A DNA stretch of 61,337 bases from Pirellulales bacterium (GTDB taxonomy: Bacteria > Planctomycetota > Planctomycetia > Pirellulales > PLA5): the NCBI GenBank assembly GCA_040901705.1, contig JBBDYI010000374.1, positions 1-61,337 of the forward strand, read 5' to 3'. The stretch's first letter is position 1. The number at the start of each line of letters is the position of its first letter. The notes beneath the pieces are model-generated. The model worked only from the letters and a program-made list of their open reading frames with translations, was not told where the DNA came from and did not search any database. Below, piece by piece: positions 1 to 9,819 of this stretch. Position numbers and translations under genes: made by a program.

Positions 1-258
1 ATCACGATCTCACCAAGCCAACCAAGAAGCGGGTAAATCAAGAAGTGCCGCTCGCGTTAGATGGTCACCGACCACGAAACCCGCGATGGCCGCCCCAATT
101 TACAAGGCACAAGCCAAACAATTCGCATGGCGTCATGGCCAGAAGTCCATTCTGCTCTGAAAGAGTGCCGCCGAACCATTTCTACGCGACACCAATCGAC
201 CCCTCCGTCGATTCATGGAAGCGTCCGCCTGAAAAAAACAAAGCCGGCTCAATCTTGC

Positions 259-286
259 TTGCAAAACGCCGCCGCCCGATTATAAT
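259..286 (+). promoter_or_regulatory. candidate sigma70-like promoter (TTGCAA-N16-TATAAT) upstream of the PEP-CTERM gene
   Basis: TTGCAA at 259-264, 16-nt spacer, TATAAT at 281-286, in a visibly AT-richer stretch about 80 nt upstream of the ATG at 367. Promoter consensus for this lineage is poorly known. Confidence 0.25.
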
Positions 287-366
287 CCAATCAAGTTTTT
301 AGAAAAATATCGCGAGACAATTGGATCGCTAGTGACGAACAGAGAACTTTCGCAAGGAATTCCCTC

Positions 367-1602
367 ATGACAGCGTTCTTGGACAAGCTACGTTGTTCTC
401 CTCGTATCAGGGCTGTGGTGGCCGCCGGTCTGCTCTCTTTGATCGGCTCTTCGCTGAACGCGGCCAGTCCGATTCCTGGGCTTTTCAACACCGGCGTCGA
501 CGGCGCTGGCGTTAATTTGCCGGGAGGCGCCGACGACCCGCACTACGCGATCATCATCGATCCCAGCGGCCTGGGCGACATGGTCGTGCCCTCGGATGGA
601 TTTCCGATCGGTCCGTGGATCGCCAATGGGCCGAATTCGCAATGGATCGGCCCCAGCGACGGCAACGACGCCGAAGGACCGGGCGGTGATTACTTCTATG
701 AAACGACGTTCGATACTACTGGCTTTCATCCGACGAACTGGTTCGTCAGCGGAAATTGGGCCACGGACGACAGCGGTCTGGCCATCCTGATCAACGGCAA
801 TGGGACCGCAAATCCGGTCGCGGGCGGCTTCGGCGCCTTGACCCCGTTCGTCGTCTCCGGCGCAATGGGCGGCGTACCGGGCGTAAACTCGCTCGTGTTT
901 CAAGTCGGGAACGGGGGCGGCCCCACCGGGTTGCGCGTCGAAGTGGATTACAGTCGGGCAGCGCCGGCCGGCTCGGTGCCGATTCCCGGCCTGCACAACA
1001 CGGGCGTCGATGCGGCCGATCAGCCGCTGCTGCGGTTCGTGGACGATCCGCATTACGACCTTGTTGCTGGTCCGCTTGGCGGATTCCCCGCCGGTCCCGT
1101 GGCCGTCGACGACACGGCCGTCGAGAACGGCGAATTCCCAATCCCGCCGTGGATCCCCAACTCGGCCACGTCGCGTTGGATTTCGCCCAAGCTCGACGGT
1201 GCCGGGAATGCCGAAGAGGGTTTCTTCTATTTCCAGACGACCTTCGACCTCACCGGACTCGATCCCAGCACGGCCGTGATTACTGGCCTTTGGTCCACGG
1301 ATAATACGGGTCACGAGATCCTGCTCAACGGCGTTGCGACCGGCAACCCGCAGGTTGGGAGTTTCCCCGTCTTGTCTCCTTTTGAGATCTCGAACGCGCT
1401 CGGCGATACGTTTCTGCCGGGCATCAACACGTTGACGTTCGTGGTCGAAAACGCTCCGGCATCCTTCAACCCGGCGGGCCTTCGCGTCGAAGGCATGGTC
1501 GCGCACGCCAATCCCGTTCCGGAACCCTCGACGTTCGTCTTGGCGGCGATGGGATTCGGCATGACGGTTTGGAGCATTCGCCGCCGCCGACATGGCCGGT
1601 AG
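367..1602 (+). CDS. PEP-CTERM-anchored secreted protein with two tandem copies of an uncharacterised ~160-aa module
   Basis: ATG start and an N-terminal hydrophobic signal-like segment (AVVAAGLLSLIGSSLNAAS). Internal duplication: IPGLFNTGVDGAG...DDPHYAII...SQWIGP...GLRVEVDY versus IPGLHNTGVDAAD...DDPHYDLV...SRWISP...GLRVEG. The C-terminus PVPEPSTFVLAAMGFGMTVWSIRRRR is a classic PEP-CTERM sorting signal. Confidence 0.85.
   Translation: MTAFLDKLRCSPRIRAVVAAGLLSLIGSSLNAASPIPGLFNTGVDGAGVNLPGGADDPHYAIIIDPSGLGDMVVPSDGFPIGPWIANGPNSQWIGPSDGNDAEGPGGDYFYETTFDTTGFHPTNWFVSGNWATDDSGLAILINGNGTANPVAGGFGALTPFVVSGAMGGVPGVNSLVFQVGNGGGPTGLRVEVDYSRAAPAGSVPIPGLHNTGVDAADQPLLRFVDDPHYDLVAGPLGGFPAGPVAVDDTAVENGEFPIPPWIPNSATSRWISPKLDGAGNAEEGFFYFQTTFDLTGLDPSTAVITGLWSTDNTGHEILLNGVATGNPQVGSFPVLSPFEISNALGDTFLPGINTLTFVVENAPASFNPAGLRVEGMVAHANPVPEPSTFVLAAMGFGMTVWSIRRRRHGR
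469..951 (+). other. uncharacterised module, copy 1 (DDPHY...W.GP...Y.T.FD.TG...LNG...PG.N.L.F.V.N...GLRV)
   Basis: Protein-level repeat read directly from the translation. It aligns with 979-1500 and with 3160-3630 in the next gene. Confidence 0.7.
979..1500 (+). other. uncharacterised module, copy 2
   Basis: Same ordered motif set as copy 1 (IPGLHNTGVD, DDPHY, PPWIPNSATSRWISP, FYFQTTFDLTGLD, LLNG, PGINTLTFVVEN, NPAGLRVEG). Confidence 0.7.
1516..1599 (+). other. PEP-CTERM sorting signal
   Basis: PVPEP motif, then a hydrophobic helix, then an RRRR cluster at the extreme C-terminus. Confidence 0.85.
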
Positions 1603-1775
1603 GCGTTGAAGCGTCGCGTTGCGGCAAATGCCGTCCGAACGCGAGCACTTTTCACCGTATTCGGCCATAATGAACTTGCAGCGGGAGCCGTCCGGGTCTT
1701 GGCCTTGGCGGCTCCATTTCGTTCGTACTCGGTTGATTTTCAATCTGCCCCTCGCCCGTTCTCGGAAGGGTTGCG

Positions 1776-4700
1776 ATGCGTTTGCCCGCCATGTTTCGCC
1801 GACTTCGCCGAGATTGCGGCACCCGCCTTGCCCGCCGCCGCTTCGATCCGCGGTTCGAAGCGCTCGAATCGCGTCACGTGCTCGATAGCGTCGCCGTATT
1901 CAACGAGATCAACTACAACCCGGCGGGCGACAATCAGGCCCTCGAGTGGATCGAACTGAGGAACATGCTGTCGGTCGACCTCGACCTGACTGGCTGGACA
2001 TTGCGCGACGGCGTCGCCTACGCGTTCCCGGCGGGCACGATCATTCCGGCCGACGGATATCTGGTCGTGGCCGCCGATCCGATGGCGCTGCAAAACGTCA
2101 CAGGATTCGCCGACGCCCTCGGTCCCTATCTCGGCAACCTCTCCAACGGCGGCGAGGAGATCGAACTGTTCAACAACAGCGATCGGCAAATGGACGTCGT
2201 CGATTACGGCGACAACGCGCCCTGGCCCGTCGGACCGGACGGATCGGGCGCAACGCTGGCCAAATTCGACGAAAACTGGGACGCGTCGGACCCGGCGAAC
2301 TGGCGAACCAGCTTGCAACTCGGCGGTACGCCTGGAGCGGAAAACTTCCCACGGCCCGATCTCACGCCCCAAACATCGCAGCCGATCGCGTTGACGTCGA
2401 ATTGGCGCTACGAAGACTCGGGCGTGGACCTCGGCACGGCTTGGCGCAATCCTAGCTTCGTCGATGCCGGTTGGTCGCAAGGTCAGGCGGTCTTCCGCGC
2501 CGGCAGCGATCCGGTCACGCCCGCGCTTGGCTTGCGGTTCTTGCCGTTCGCCAACGATGCGGACTCGGGTATCAGCGCGCAAAAGACGTACACTCACAAG
2601 GTCGACTTCGGCATTGCCGATACCGGAGCGCTGGTCAACGGCGTGCAATTCTCTCAAGCGACCCCCGCCACACTCGGCTCGGTGCCGAATTTTTCTCTGA
2701 CGCCGGTCAGCGGAGCACTCACGACTTCTTGTACGAATTCCGCCGCAGCGAACGTCACCGGAAACGTCTTGCAACTCATGCAAGATTCGATGTGCAACGT
2801 CCTCGGCGCCGCAACGGGAGCGGTGACGATCACGCTCTCGGGCTTGACCGTCGGCGCCCATTACGATACGCGGCTGTACAGTCGCCAACCGGCCGCGAGC
2901 GGCGCTCGCGTCATCAACGTGCAGTTCGACACCAACGCCGACGGTACGCCGGAGTCGACCAGCGCGATCGACCAGAACAACGCCGCCGCCAATCCACCAG
3001 GACTTGCCGCAGCCAATCAGGCCTATGCGATATCCTACGACTTCGTCGCCACCAACTCGTCGATGCGAATCCGCCTCGCGCAGACGCAGAGCAACACGTC
3101 GTGGGTTCTCTACGGACTGACGAACGAGGTCATCGGCGGCTCGGCGGTCACAGCCGAACCGATCGACACGCTCTTTAGCACGGGCTTGGGCGACGACGGT
3201 CAGCCGCTATCGGCCGGCGCCAACGACCCGCACTGGTATCACACCGATTCAGCACAACCGGTGTTGGCGATGACGGGCCATCCGGCATGGGCCGGCAACA
3301 CGCCGCAGTCGCAATGGGTTGGCGTGACGTCGAACGGCGGCACGAACGTGCCGAATGGTCCGTATTCGTTCAGCACCCAGTTCGACCTGTCGGGCTACGA
3401 TGCCTCGACGCTTGGGTTTTCCATGTTGATTGGCGTCGACGACGGGCTCGACAGTGTTCGCCTCAACGGCAACCTGACCGGCATCTCGACCAGCGGTTTC
3501 GCGGCCCTCAATGGTCCGTTCACGATTCCGGCGGCGTCGTTTCTCCCCGGCGTCAACACCCTGACTTTCAACTTTACCAACGGCGGCACGGCGGAAAATC
3601 CCTCCGGCTTGCGCGTTCAATTCGACGCGACCGCCGTGCCGCTCGTCGATCATTCCCAAGTCGAGCTCGGTCCCAATACGCACTACTTCCGTCAGGAATT
3701 CCAGTTCGCCGGCGACCCTCAGGACGAGCACGAGCTTGAGCTTAACGCCCTGATCGACGATGGCGCGGTGTTCTACTTGAACGGGCAAGAGATTTATCGC
3801 CACAACATGCCGGCCGGAACGATTGCTTACGCGACCGCCGCGGCGACGGACATCTCGGGGGCGCAACAAACCGGGCGGATTTCCGTACCGGCGGGCGCGC
3901 TGGCAATCGGCCGCAACGTCCTCGCGGTCGAGGTTCATCAGTTCTCGGCCGCGTCCAACGACGTGCGTTTCGGCGCCGAACTCTTCATCACCGAAACGCC
4001 TGTGCCTCCCGATGCTCTGCCGCACGTGGTCATCAATGAACTGCCCGGCTCGCTCGATCCGAACTTCTTCGTCGAACTCAAGAACGAAGACACGGTACCG
4101 CGCGATTTGGGCGGCTGGATCGTCAAGCGGCAATCGATGATCCCCGCTCAATACGTGTTGCCTTCGACCGTTCTCAATCCCGGCGAGTTGCTGCTCGTCG
4201 ACGAAGCGACGCTTGGCTTCGAGGCGGCGGACGGAGACCGTATTTTCCTCATCCGCGCCGGCGGCGAATCGATCATCGACGCGCATGCAATGACGACGCG
4301 CCTCCGCGGTCGCTCTTCTCCACATGGCGGGCGCTGGCTCTGGCCGAGCGCGGCCACTCCCGGCGCGAGCAACACCTTCGATTTCCGCGACGAAGTGGTG
4401 ATCAACGAGATCATGTACCATCACTTCCCGACGTACGAAGTGCCCGCCACAGCGTCGACGTACAGCACGACGTCGCTCGTTCCGATTTCGGCCACCTGGC
4501 GATACAACGACCGCGGTCAGAATCTCGGCACTTCGTGGCATCAGTCTGCGCACGCAGTCGACGGCGTGAACTGGCAATCCGGCCAGGGGTTGATCGGTTA
4601 CGACGTCGACGCCCAACCGGAGCCGATTCGCACGACGCTTGCAAACCCGGTAAGCAACAATCCGTTTGTCGTCACGTACTACTTCGAAACCGATTTCACG

Positions 4701-7700
4701 TTCAACGGCGATCCCAGCGATCCGACGCTGGAATTGATCCTCCGTCACATCGTCGACGATGCGGCCGTGTTCTACCTCAACGGCGTCGAAGTCAGCCGTT
4801 ACAACCTGCCCGGCGGGACGATCACATCGTCGACGCTGTCGAGCACCACGCTGACGAATGCCTCCGATGTCGGAAACATCGTATTGCCGAAAGACCAATT
4901 GCAAGTCGGCGCCAATCGTCTCTCGGTGGAAGTCCATCAGGCCTCGCTCACCAGCAGCGACATCGTGTTCGGCGCGGAACTCGTCACACGGACGCTTCTC
5001 GCGCCCCCCTTGCCCGGACAACCGTATCAGGAAGTTCCCGAAGAATGGATCGAGCTTTATAACCGCAGTTCCTCTGATGTCGTGTTGACCGGTTGGAAGC
5101 TCCGCGGCGGGATCGACTACAACTTCGCGCCCGGCACGACGATTCCCGCGGGGCAGTATCTCGTGGTCGCGAAAGATCGCGTCTCACTGGCCGCGAAATA
5201 TCCGGGAATCGTCATCGTCGGCGACTTCAGCGGCAGCTTGTCGAATCACGACGACGTTGTGCGTCTCGAAGCTCCGGACGACAATCCGGCCGACGAAGTG
5301 CATTACTTCGAGGGCAACGGCGAGTGGCCGTCGCTCGCCGATGGCAATGGTTCCACTTTGGAACTTCGCGATCCGGACGCCGACAACGCGCAGGCGGGCG
5401 CTTGGGCCGCGAGCACACCCGCCGACGGCCAGTGGCAAACGATCACCTACCGCGGCGTCGCCCAAAACCCGCCCGGCAGCAACGATCCGACGAACTGGTA
5501 CGAGTTCGCGCTCGGTTTGCTCGACAGCGGCGAAGTGCTGATCGACGACGTGTCGGTTCTCGAAGATCCCAGCGGCACGCGAATCCAACGCGTCCTCAAT
5601 GGCGATTTCAGCAACGGCGTAAGCAACTGGCGGCTCCTGGGGAATCACGGTCTACACGGACTCTCCGCCGTGATTCCCGAACCGGGCAATCCCGCCAACA
5701 ACGTGCTCAAGGTCGTCGCCACCGGCACCACCGAGCACATGGGCAACCATGTCGTGACGACGTTCGCCGGTTCGGCTCCGATCGTCAACGGACGCGAGTA
5801 TGAAATCTCGCTGCGGGCGAAATGGCTCGGCGGTTCGCCGCAATTGCATACGCGGCTGTATTTCAACCGGCTCGCCAAAACGACCATCCTTCCCACGCCC
5901 ACGACCGCCGGCACGCCCGGACAGGCCAATTCGCAGCGCGTCGCGAATATCGGGCCGACCTACTCAGGTTTTCAACATGCACCGGCGGTTCCGCAGGCCG
6001 GCCAACCGATCGCCGTGTCGGCCGAGCCGAACGACCCCGACGGCATCGCTTCGCTTGTGGTCCAGTATTCCGTCGGCGGCGCTCCGTTCGTCTCGGCCAG
6101 CATGGTCCCGGACGCGGACGGCGTCTGGCGCGCACAGATCCCCGGTCAGGCCGCCAGCGCCATCGTCCAGTTTTACGTCGAAGGGACCGACACGCTCGGC
6201 GCGATGTCGACCTATCCCGCCGCCGGACCCGAATCGCGGGCGCTGTTCAAGGTCAACGACAACGTCGCGACCACCGGCTTGCGACACAACTTCCGCGTCG
6301 TCATGCTCGCCGCCGACAGCGCGTTCATGCACCAGGAAGTCAATGCCCAGTCGAATCATCGCCTCGGCGCGACGATCATCTACGGCGAGCAGCAGGTGTA
6401 CTACGACGTCGGCATCCGCGTCAAAGGCTCCGGGTACAGCCGCGGCGGAGCGGCGACGGGCTACAACTTCCGCTTCGATCCCGAGCGACCGCTGTTCGGC
6501 GTCCACGAAATCACTTCCATCGACCGCAACGGCGGACCATACGGCCTCGGCGCGAGCCACCGCGAGTTGACGATCAAGCATATCGCCAATCGCGCCGGCG
6601 GCGTCCCCATGTCCTACGACGATATCCTCAACTTCATCGGTCCGAGCCCGGCGTACAACAGCAGCGCCCAGTTGCTCGGTTCGCGGTTCGAGGACGAATT
6701 CCTCGATACGCAATTCGACAACGGCGGCGATGGCACGCGATTCAAGCTGGAACTCATTTACTACAACACCACCACGGGCAGTCCGGCCCAGATTCACCCG
6801 CGGCCGAACACGGTCAACGCCGTCGACATTCAGTACATGGGCGAGGATGAGAATTCCTACCGCTGGAATTACTTGATCCGCAATAACCGCGGCCAGGACG
6901 ACTTCGCGCAGATCATCGAGCTGGGCCGCACGCTGAGCATGTCGGGCAGCAACGTCGGCGGTCCGCTCGACGTCGCGTCGCAAGCGGTGATGGACGTCGA
7001 CGAGTGGTTGCGCGTCTTCGCCTGGGAATCGCTCGCCGGCGTGAACGACACCTACAACCAGGGTTTGTCCCACAACCTCCAGATCTACGTTCGGCCCGAA
7101 GACGGCCGCGTGCTGGCCTTTCCCTGGGACAATGACTTCGCCCTGAACCAATCCACGAGCTTGAATATCTATGGCAGCGGCTCGAATTTCCGCAAGGTCA
7201 TCGACATTCCGACGAACCAGCGGCTGTTCCAAGGGCACCTGCTCGACATCATCAACACCACCTACAACACGGCCTACCTCACGCCGTGGGTGAATCAATA
7301 CGGAACGCTCTCGGCCGTGAACGACACGGCATCGATCCTGCAGTACATCGACAGTCGGCGGAGCTACGTGCTCAGCCAACTGTTGCCCAGCGTCCCGTTT
7401 GCGATCACGACGAACGGCGGCGCGGATTTCACCGTCGCGACCGAAAACGTAACGCTCGAAGGGAACGGCTGGATCAACGTCCGCGAGATTCGCCTCAACG
7501 ACAATGCTTCACCGCTGGCCGTCACGTGGCTAGACCAAGACAGTTGGCGCGTCACGCTTCCGCTTGCGGCCGGAGCCAATTCGCTCACGCTGCGAGCATT
7601 CGACCACCAAGGACAGGCGGTCGGTTCCGACACGATCGCGGTGACGACCAGCTTCGTTGCGCCGACGCCGATCAAGCATTTGCGAATCACCGAATTGATG

Positions 7701-8609
7701 TATCACCCGGCAGATCCTTCGCCAGCCGAGTTCGCCGCGGGCTTCACCGACGCCGACGATTTCGAGTTCGTCGAACTCACCAATCTGGCCGATGCCCCGT
7801 TGTCGTTGTCGACGGCGCGATTCGTCAACGGCGTGCAATTCGGTTTCGCCGGCAGCGCGATCGACACGATCGCCGCTGGCGGATACGTGCTCGTCGTTTC
7901 CAACCCGGCTGCCTTTGCCTTCCGTTATGGCAACGATCTTCCCGTCGCGGGTGAGTACACGGGCAATCTGAACAACGGCGGCGAAGCCGTTCGCCTCGAA
8001 ACGACCGCAGGTCAAACGATCCTCGACTTCAATTACGACGACGCGACGCCGCCGTGGCATCCGTCGACCGATGGTCTCGGCTACTCGCTGGTGAAGATCG
8101 ATCCGGCGGCCGCGACGGCGACCTACGGCGACGGCGCAGCCTGGCGACCGAGCTTCGAGTTGTCCGGTTCCCCCGGCGCGCGCGACGCGATGTTCGGCGA
8201 TTTCGATTTCGACAACCGCGTGGGACTCGCCGATCTGGCGTATTTGCAATCCCGCCTCGGCACGGCCGTCGGAGCGACCGCCTCGACGGGCGACTTGGAC
8301 GGCGATGGCGACGTCGACCGCGCCGACGCGGCGCGACTGTCGACCCGCTTCGGCCGCGCGTACATACCGCCGCCTCCTCCGGCTCCGGCCGCGTCCCTGC
8401 TTCGGGCCACAGCCGAGACACTCGAGACTCCACGCGTGACGGCTCGCCCCACGCGGCGCGTGCGCCCGGACGTGCCGCGTCAACCATCTGCCGATTCACC
8501 GACGGAGTCTCAACTTCGTGCCGCGCGGACTGCCCGACTCGCGCCGGCGACGGTCGATGCCGCCCAATCGATCACTATCGCCTGGTCCGTCGCGCGCCGC
8601 CGCCGTTGA
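1776..8609 (+). CDS. very large secreted multidomain protein: several lamin-tail domains, galactose-binding-like domains, CotH kinase-like domain, dockerin-like C-terminus
   Basis: 2,277-aa uninterrupted ORF with an ATG start. Lamin-tail signatures occur repeatedly (FNEINYNPAG..LEWIELRN..LTGWTLRDG; VVINELPG..FVELKN..LGGWIV; EWIELYNRS..LTGWKLRGG; LRITELMYHP..FEFVELTN). A CotH-like core is present (NFRVVMLAAD...YYDVGIRVKGSGYSRGG...NYLIRNNRGQDD). The C-terminus carries two D.D.DG.VD Ca-loop repeats. The N-terminus is Arg-rich with FEALESRHVL and has no hydrophobic signal peptide. Confidence 0.9.
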   Translation: MRLPAMFRRLRRDCGTRLARRRFDPRFEALESRHVLDSVAVFNEINYNPAGDNQALEWIELRNMLSVDLDLTGWTLRDGVAYAFPAGTIIPADGYLVVAADPMALQNVTGFADALGPYLGNLSNGGEEIELFNNSDRQMDVVDYGDNAPWPVGPDGSGATLAKFDENWDASDPANWRTSLQLGGTPGAENFPRPDLTPQTSQPIALTSNWRYEDSGVDLGTAWRNPSFVDAGWSQGQAVFRAGSDPVTPALGLRFLPFANDADSGISAQKTYTHKVDFGIADTGALVNGVQFSQATPATLGSVPNFSLTPVSGALTTSCTNSAAANVTGNVLQLMQDSMCNVLGAATGAVTITLSGLTVGAHYDTRLYSRQPAASGARVINVQFDTNADGTPESTSAIDQNNAAANPPGLAAANQAYAISYDFVATNSSMRIRLAQTQSNTSWVLYGLTNEVIGGSAVTAEPIDTLFSTGLGDDGQPLSAGANDPHWYHTDSAQPVLAMTGHPAWAGNTPQSQWVGVTSNGGTNVPNGPYSFSTQFDLSGYDASTLGFSMLIGVDDGLDSVRLNGNLTGISTSGFAALNGPFTIPAASFLPGVNTLTFNFTNGGTAENPSGLRVQFDATAVPLVDHSQVELGPNTHYFRQEFQFAGDPQDEHELELNALIDDGAVFYLNGQEIYRHNMPAGTIAYATAAATDISGAQQTGRISVPAGALAIGRNVLAVEVHQFSAASNDVRFGAELFITETPVPPDALPHVVINELPGSLDPNFFVELKNEDTVPRDLGGWIVKRQSMIPAQYVLPSTVLNPGELLLVDEATLGFEAADGDRIFLIRAGGESIIDAHAMTTRLRGRSSPHGGRWLWPSAATPGASNTFDFRDEVVINEIMYHHFPTYEVPATASTYSTTSLVPISATWRYNDRGQNLGTSWHQSAHAVDGVNWQSGQGLIGYDVDAQPEPIRTTLANPVSNNPFVVTYYFETDFTFNGDPSDPTLELILRHIVDDAAVFYLNGVEVSRYNLPGGTITSSTLSSTTLTNASDVGNIVLPKDQLQVGANRLSVEVHQASLTSSDIVFGAELVTRTLLAPPLPGQPYQEVPEEWIELYNRSSSDVVLTGWKLRGGIDYNFAPGTTIPAGQYLVVAKDRVSLAAKYPGIVIVGDFSGSLSNHDDVVRLEAPDDNPADEVHYFEGNGEWPSLADGNGSTLELRDPDADNAQAGAWAASTPADGQWQTITYRGVAQNPPGSNDPTNWYEFALGLLDSGEVLIDDVSVLEDPSGTRIQRVLNGDFSNGVSNWRLLGNHGLHGLSAVIPEPGNPANNVLKVVATGTTEHMGNHVVTTFAGSAPIVNGREYEISLRAKWLGGSPQLHTRLYFNRLAKTTILPTPTTAGTPGQANSQRVANIGPTYSGFQHAPAVPQAGQPIAVSAEPNDPDGIASLVVQYSVGGAPFVSASMVPDADGVWRAQIPGQAASAIVQFYVEGTDTLGAMSTYPAAGPESRALFKVNDNVATTGLRHNFRVVMLAADSAFMHQEVNAQSNHRLGATIIYGEQQVYYDVGIRVKGSGYSRGGAATGYNFRFDPERPLFGVHEITSIDRNGGPYGLGASHRELTIKHIANRAGGVPMSYDDILNFIGPSPAYNSSAQLLGSRFEDEFLDTQFDNGGDGTRFKLELIYYNTTTGSPAQIHPRPNTVNAVDIQYMGEDENSYRWNYLIRNNRGQDDFAQIIELGRTLSMSGSNVGGPLDVASQAVMDVDEWLRVFAWESLAGVNDTYNQGLSHNLQIYVRPEDGRVLAFPWDNDFALNQSTSLNIYGSGSNFRKVIDIPTNQRLFQGHLLDIINTTYNTAYLTPWVNQYGTLSAVNDTASILQYIDSRRSYVLSQLLPSVPFAITTNGGADFTVATENVTLEGNGWINVREIRLNDNASPLAVTWLDQDSWRVTLPLAAGANSLTLRAFDHQGQAVGSDTIAVTTSFVAPTPIKHLRITELMYHPADPSPAEFAAGFTDADDFEFVELTNLADAPLSLSTARFVNGVQFGFAGSAIDTIAAGGYVLVVSNPAAFAFRYGNDLPVAGEYTGNLNNGGEAVRLETTAGQTILDFNYDDATPPWHPSTDGLGYSLVKIDPAAATATYGDGAAWRPSFELSGSPGARDAMFGDFDFDNRVGLADLAYLQSRLGTAVGATASTGDLDGDGDVDRADAARLSTRFGRAYIPPPPPAPAASLLRATAETLETPRVTARPTRRVRPDVPRQPSADSPTESQLRAARTARLAPATVDAAQSITIAWSVARRRR
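1854..1883 (+). other. N-terminal FEALESRHVL motif (LE-R-LL type leader; I recall NCBI naming this kind of motif 'LEPR-XLL domain')
   Basis: Follows a ~26-aa Arg-rich N-terminus. The same motif class occurs at 14313-14342 and 55079-55108. Confidence 0.6.
1890..2350 (+). other. lamin tail domain 1
   Basis: VAVFNEINYNPAGDNQALEWIELRNMLSVDLDLTGWTLRDGVAYAFPAGTIIPADGYLVVAAD ... GGTPGAEN. Confidence 0.75.
3160..3630 (+). other. third copy of the uncharacterised module found twice in the PEP-CTERM protein
   Basis: IDTLFSTGLGDDGQPLSAGANDPHWYH...QSQWVGVTS...GPYSFSTQFDLSGYD...RLNGN...PGVNTLTFNFTNGGTAENPSGLRVQFDA. The motif order matches 469-951 and 979-1500. Confidence 0.65.
6235..7300 (+). other. CotH-like (atypical kinase fold) domain
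   Basis: Motifs typical of CotH-family proteins, recognised by eye and not HMM-verified: GLRHNFRVVMLA, GIRVKGSGYSRG, ELIYYN, WNYLIRNNRG, FPWDNDFA. Confidence 0.6.
8192..8356 (+). other. dockerin/EF-hand-like Ca-binding repeat pair
   Basis: GDFDFDNRVGLADLAYLQSRLG ... GDLDGDGDVDRADAARLSTRFG. Confidence 0.7.
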
Positions 8610-8766
8610 ACTCAATTGCAGCCGCGGCCGGTGTAGATCGGTGAGAGCGCTCTCTATTCATTCTTTCAGGCTCTACTGTTGCGCGAGCGCGGTCGTCGCC
8701 CGTTAGTAGTCCATCGTCGACCTCTTCGTCGAAACAGTAGACCCCGTTGGTCCGATTGCTGATGGA

Positions 8767-9819
8767 CTATTTCTCTGCCTTCCGGCCGGAAGCGCGGAGA
8801 ACTTCTTGAAAGCCGCGAATGGCTGTCAGCTCCACGTCGTCCAGTTGTTCGAACAGCCGTTGCGACGTGAGATCGAACGACCTGCGCGGGCGACCGTCTT
8901 TTGCATTGCGCGCATCGCCGTTGTGAAAACACCAGCCCGCCGCGCCGCCTGAGATCGCTCCCCGCAAATCGGCCTCGAAGTCCTTGGCGTCGAACGAAGA
9001 GCTATAGGCCCGGCGCAGCGGCTCCTGAAAATGAACGGGAACGACGTGGCCCATGGCCTTCATCGATTTCAGTAACTTGCGAGTGACTTCGTCGGTATGC
9101 GCGGGCGAATCGTGATCGCGTGGCCGATGCGGGGCCACGAAGTCAACGCCGACTTTGACGATATACTTGCGCAGATCGGCGTCCGAAAGATCGCCACCCT
9201 GCGACGCCGTTACTAAGAGATCTGATTCGAGTTCCCTGACGCGGTCGCGCAGAGCCTTGAGGTCGTCGAAACTAACGAACCGCTCGTCCTGGATGTTCCG
9301 TTCGTTGGCAAGGTCGAGATACCAGTTGCGTCGCGATTTCAGCGCCTCGACGAGCGTCTCGACGGCGCGCCGGTGCGTATCGAGTTTCGCCAGTCGGCTT
9401 GGCCCAGTGACGCCGTTGCCGCGAGACAGCGTAACGTCCACTATCATTCCACGACGGTCGCACTCGTCGACCAGCTTCTGCAGCTTGTCCAAGTACGGCT
9501 GCCGCGGCGCGCCATCGCCATCGACGGCCGACACGTCGTTCCCGAACGCAGCCCAAGTGGCCCAGACCCGAATCCAATTGATGCCAGCCTTCTGCATATC
9601 GTCGAGGTCTTTTTGCCAAACCTCTGCACTCGCGCCGAGCGCCCCGTAGTAGCTGCAGCCCAGCAGGAATACGGGCTTGCCGTCAAGCGTGAACTGCGAA
9701 TCGCGAATCGCCAATTGGTGTCGCGGAGCGAGAGCGTCCGCGTTGGCTTCGACCGGCGAGAAAGTCCAAACCACGATGACGCCGAGAAGGGCGTGCCAAA
9801 GACAACGATTGTGTGACAT
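8767..9819 (-). CDS. secreted glycoside hydrolase, GH5-like (clan GH-A TIM barrel)
   Basis: 350-aa ORF with an ATG start and an N-terminal signal-like segment. Motifs: GINWIRVWATW, YLDLANERN (conserved N-E acid/base position), HFQEP (candidate nucleophile). It is convergent with the upstream giant gene. Confidence 0.7.
   Translation of the reverse strand: MSHNRCLWHALLGVIVVWTFSPVEANADALAPRHQLAIRDSQFTLDGKPVFLLGCSYYGALGASAEVWQKDLDDMQKAGINWIRVWATWAAFGNDVSAVDGDGAPRQPYLDKLQKLVDECDRRGMIVDVTLSRGNGVTGPSRLAKLDTHRRAVETLVEALKSRRNWYLDLANERNIQDERFVSFDDLKALRDRVRELESDLLVTASQGGDLSDADLRKYIVKVGVDFVAPHRPRDHDSPAHTDEVTRKLLKSMKAMGHVVPVHFQEPLRRAYSSSFDAKDFEADLRGAISGGAAGWCFHNGDARNAKDGRPRRSFDLTSQRLFEQLDDVELTAIRGFQEVLRASGRKAEK

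Noticed and set aside
45-491. Short ORFs (45-302, 61-285, 291-491) in the first 0.4 kb.
   Set aside because: The region is AT-richer and promoter-like, and the translations have no features. It is probably the 5' intergenic region of the PEP-CTERM gene.
388-7379. Long antisense or out-of-frame ORFs overlapping the PEP-CTERM and LTD/CotH genes (for example 388-1743 minus, 1740-2888 minus, 3249-5021 minus, 5964-7379 minus, 5822-6850 plus).
   Set aside because: Their translations are dominated by Arg, Gly, Pro, Asp and His with no motifs. They are typical shadow ORFs of a GC-rich genome lying opposite or out of frame to ORFs with clear domain signatures.
8610-8766. Short inverted repeats (tctactgtt/aacagtaga; agtccatc/gatggact) between the convergent LTD/CotH and GH5 genes as a terminator.
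   Set aside because: The stems are only 8-9 bp with spacers of about 50 nt and no T-tract. This is too weak to call.
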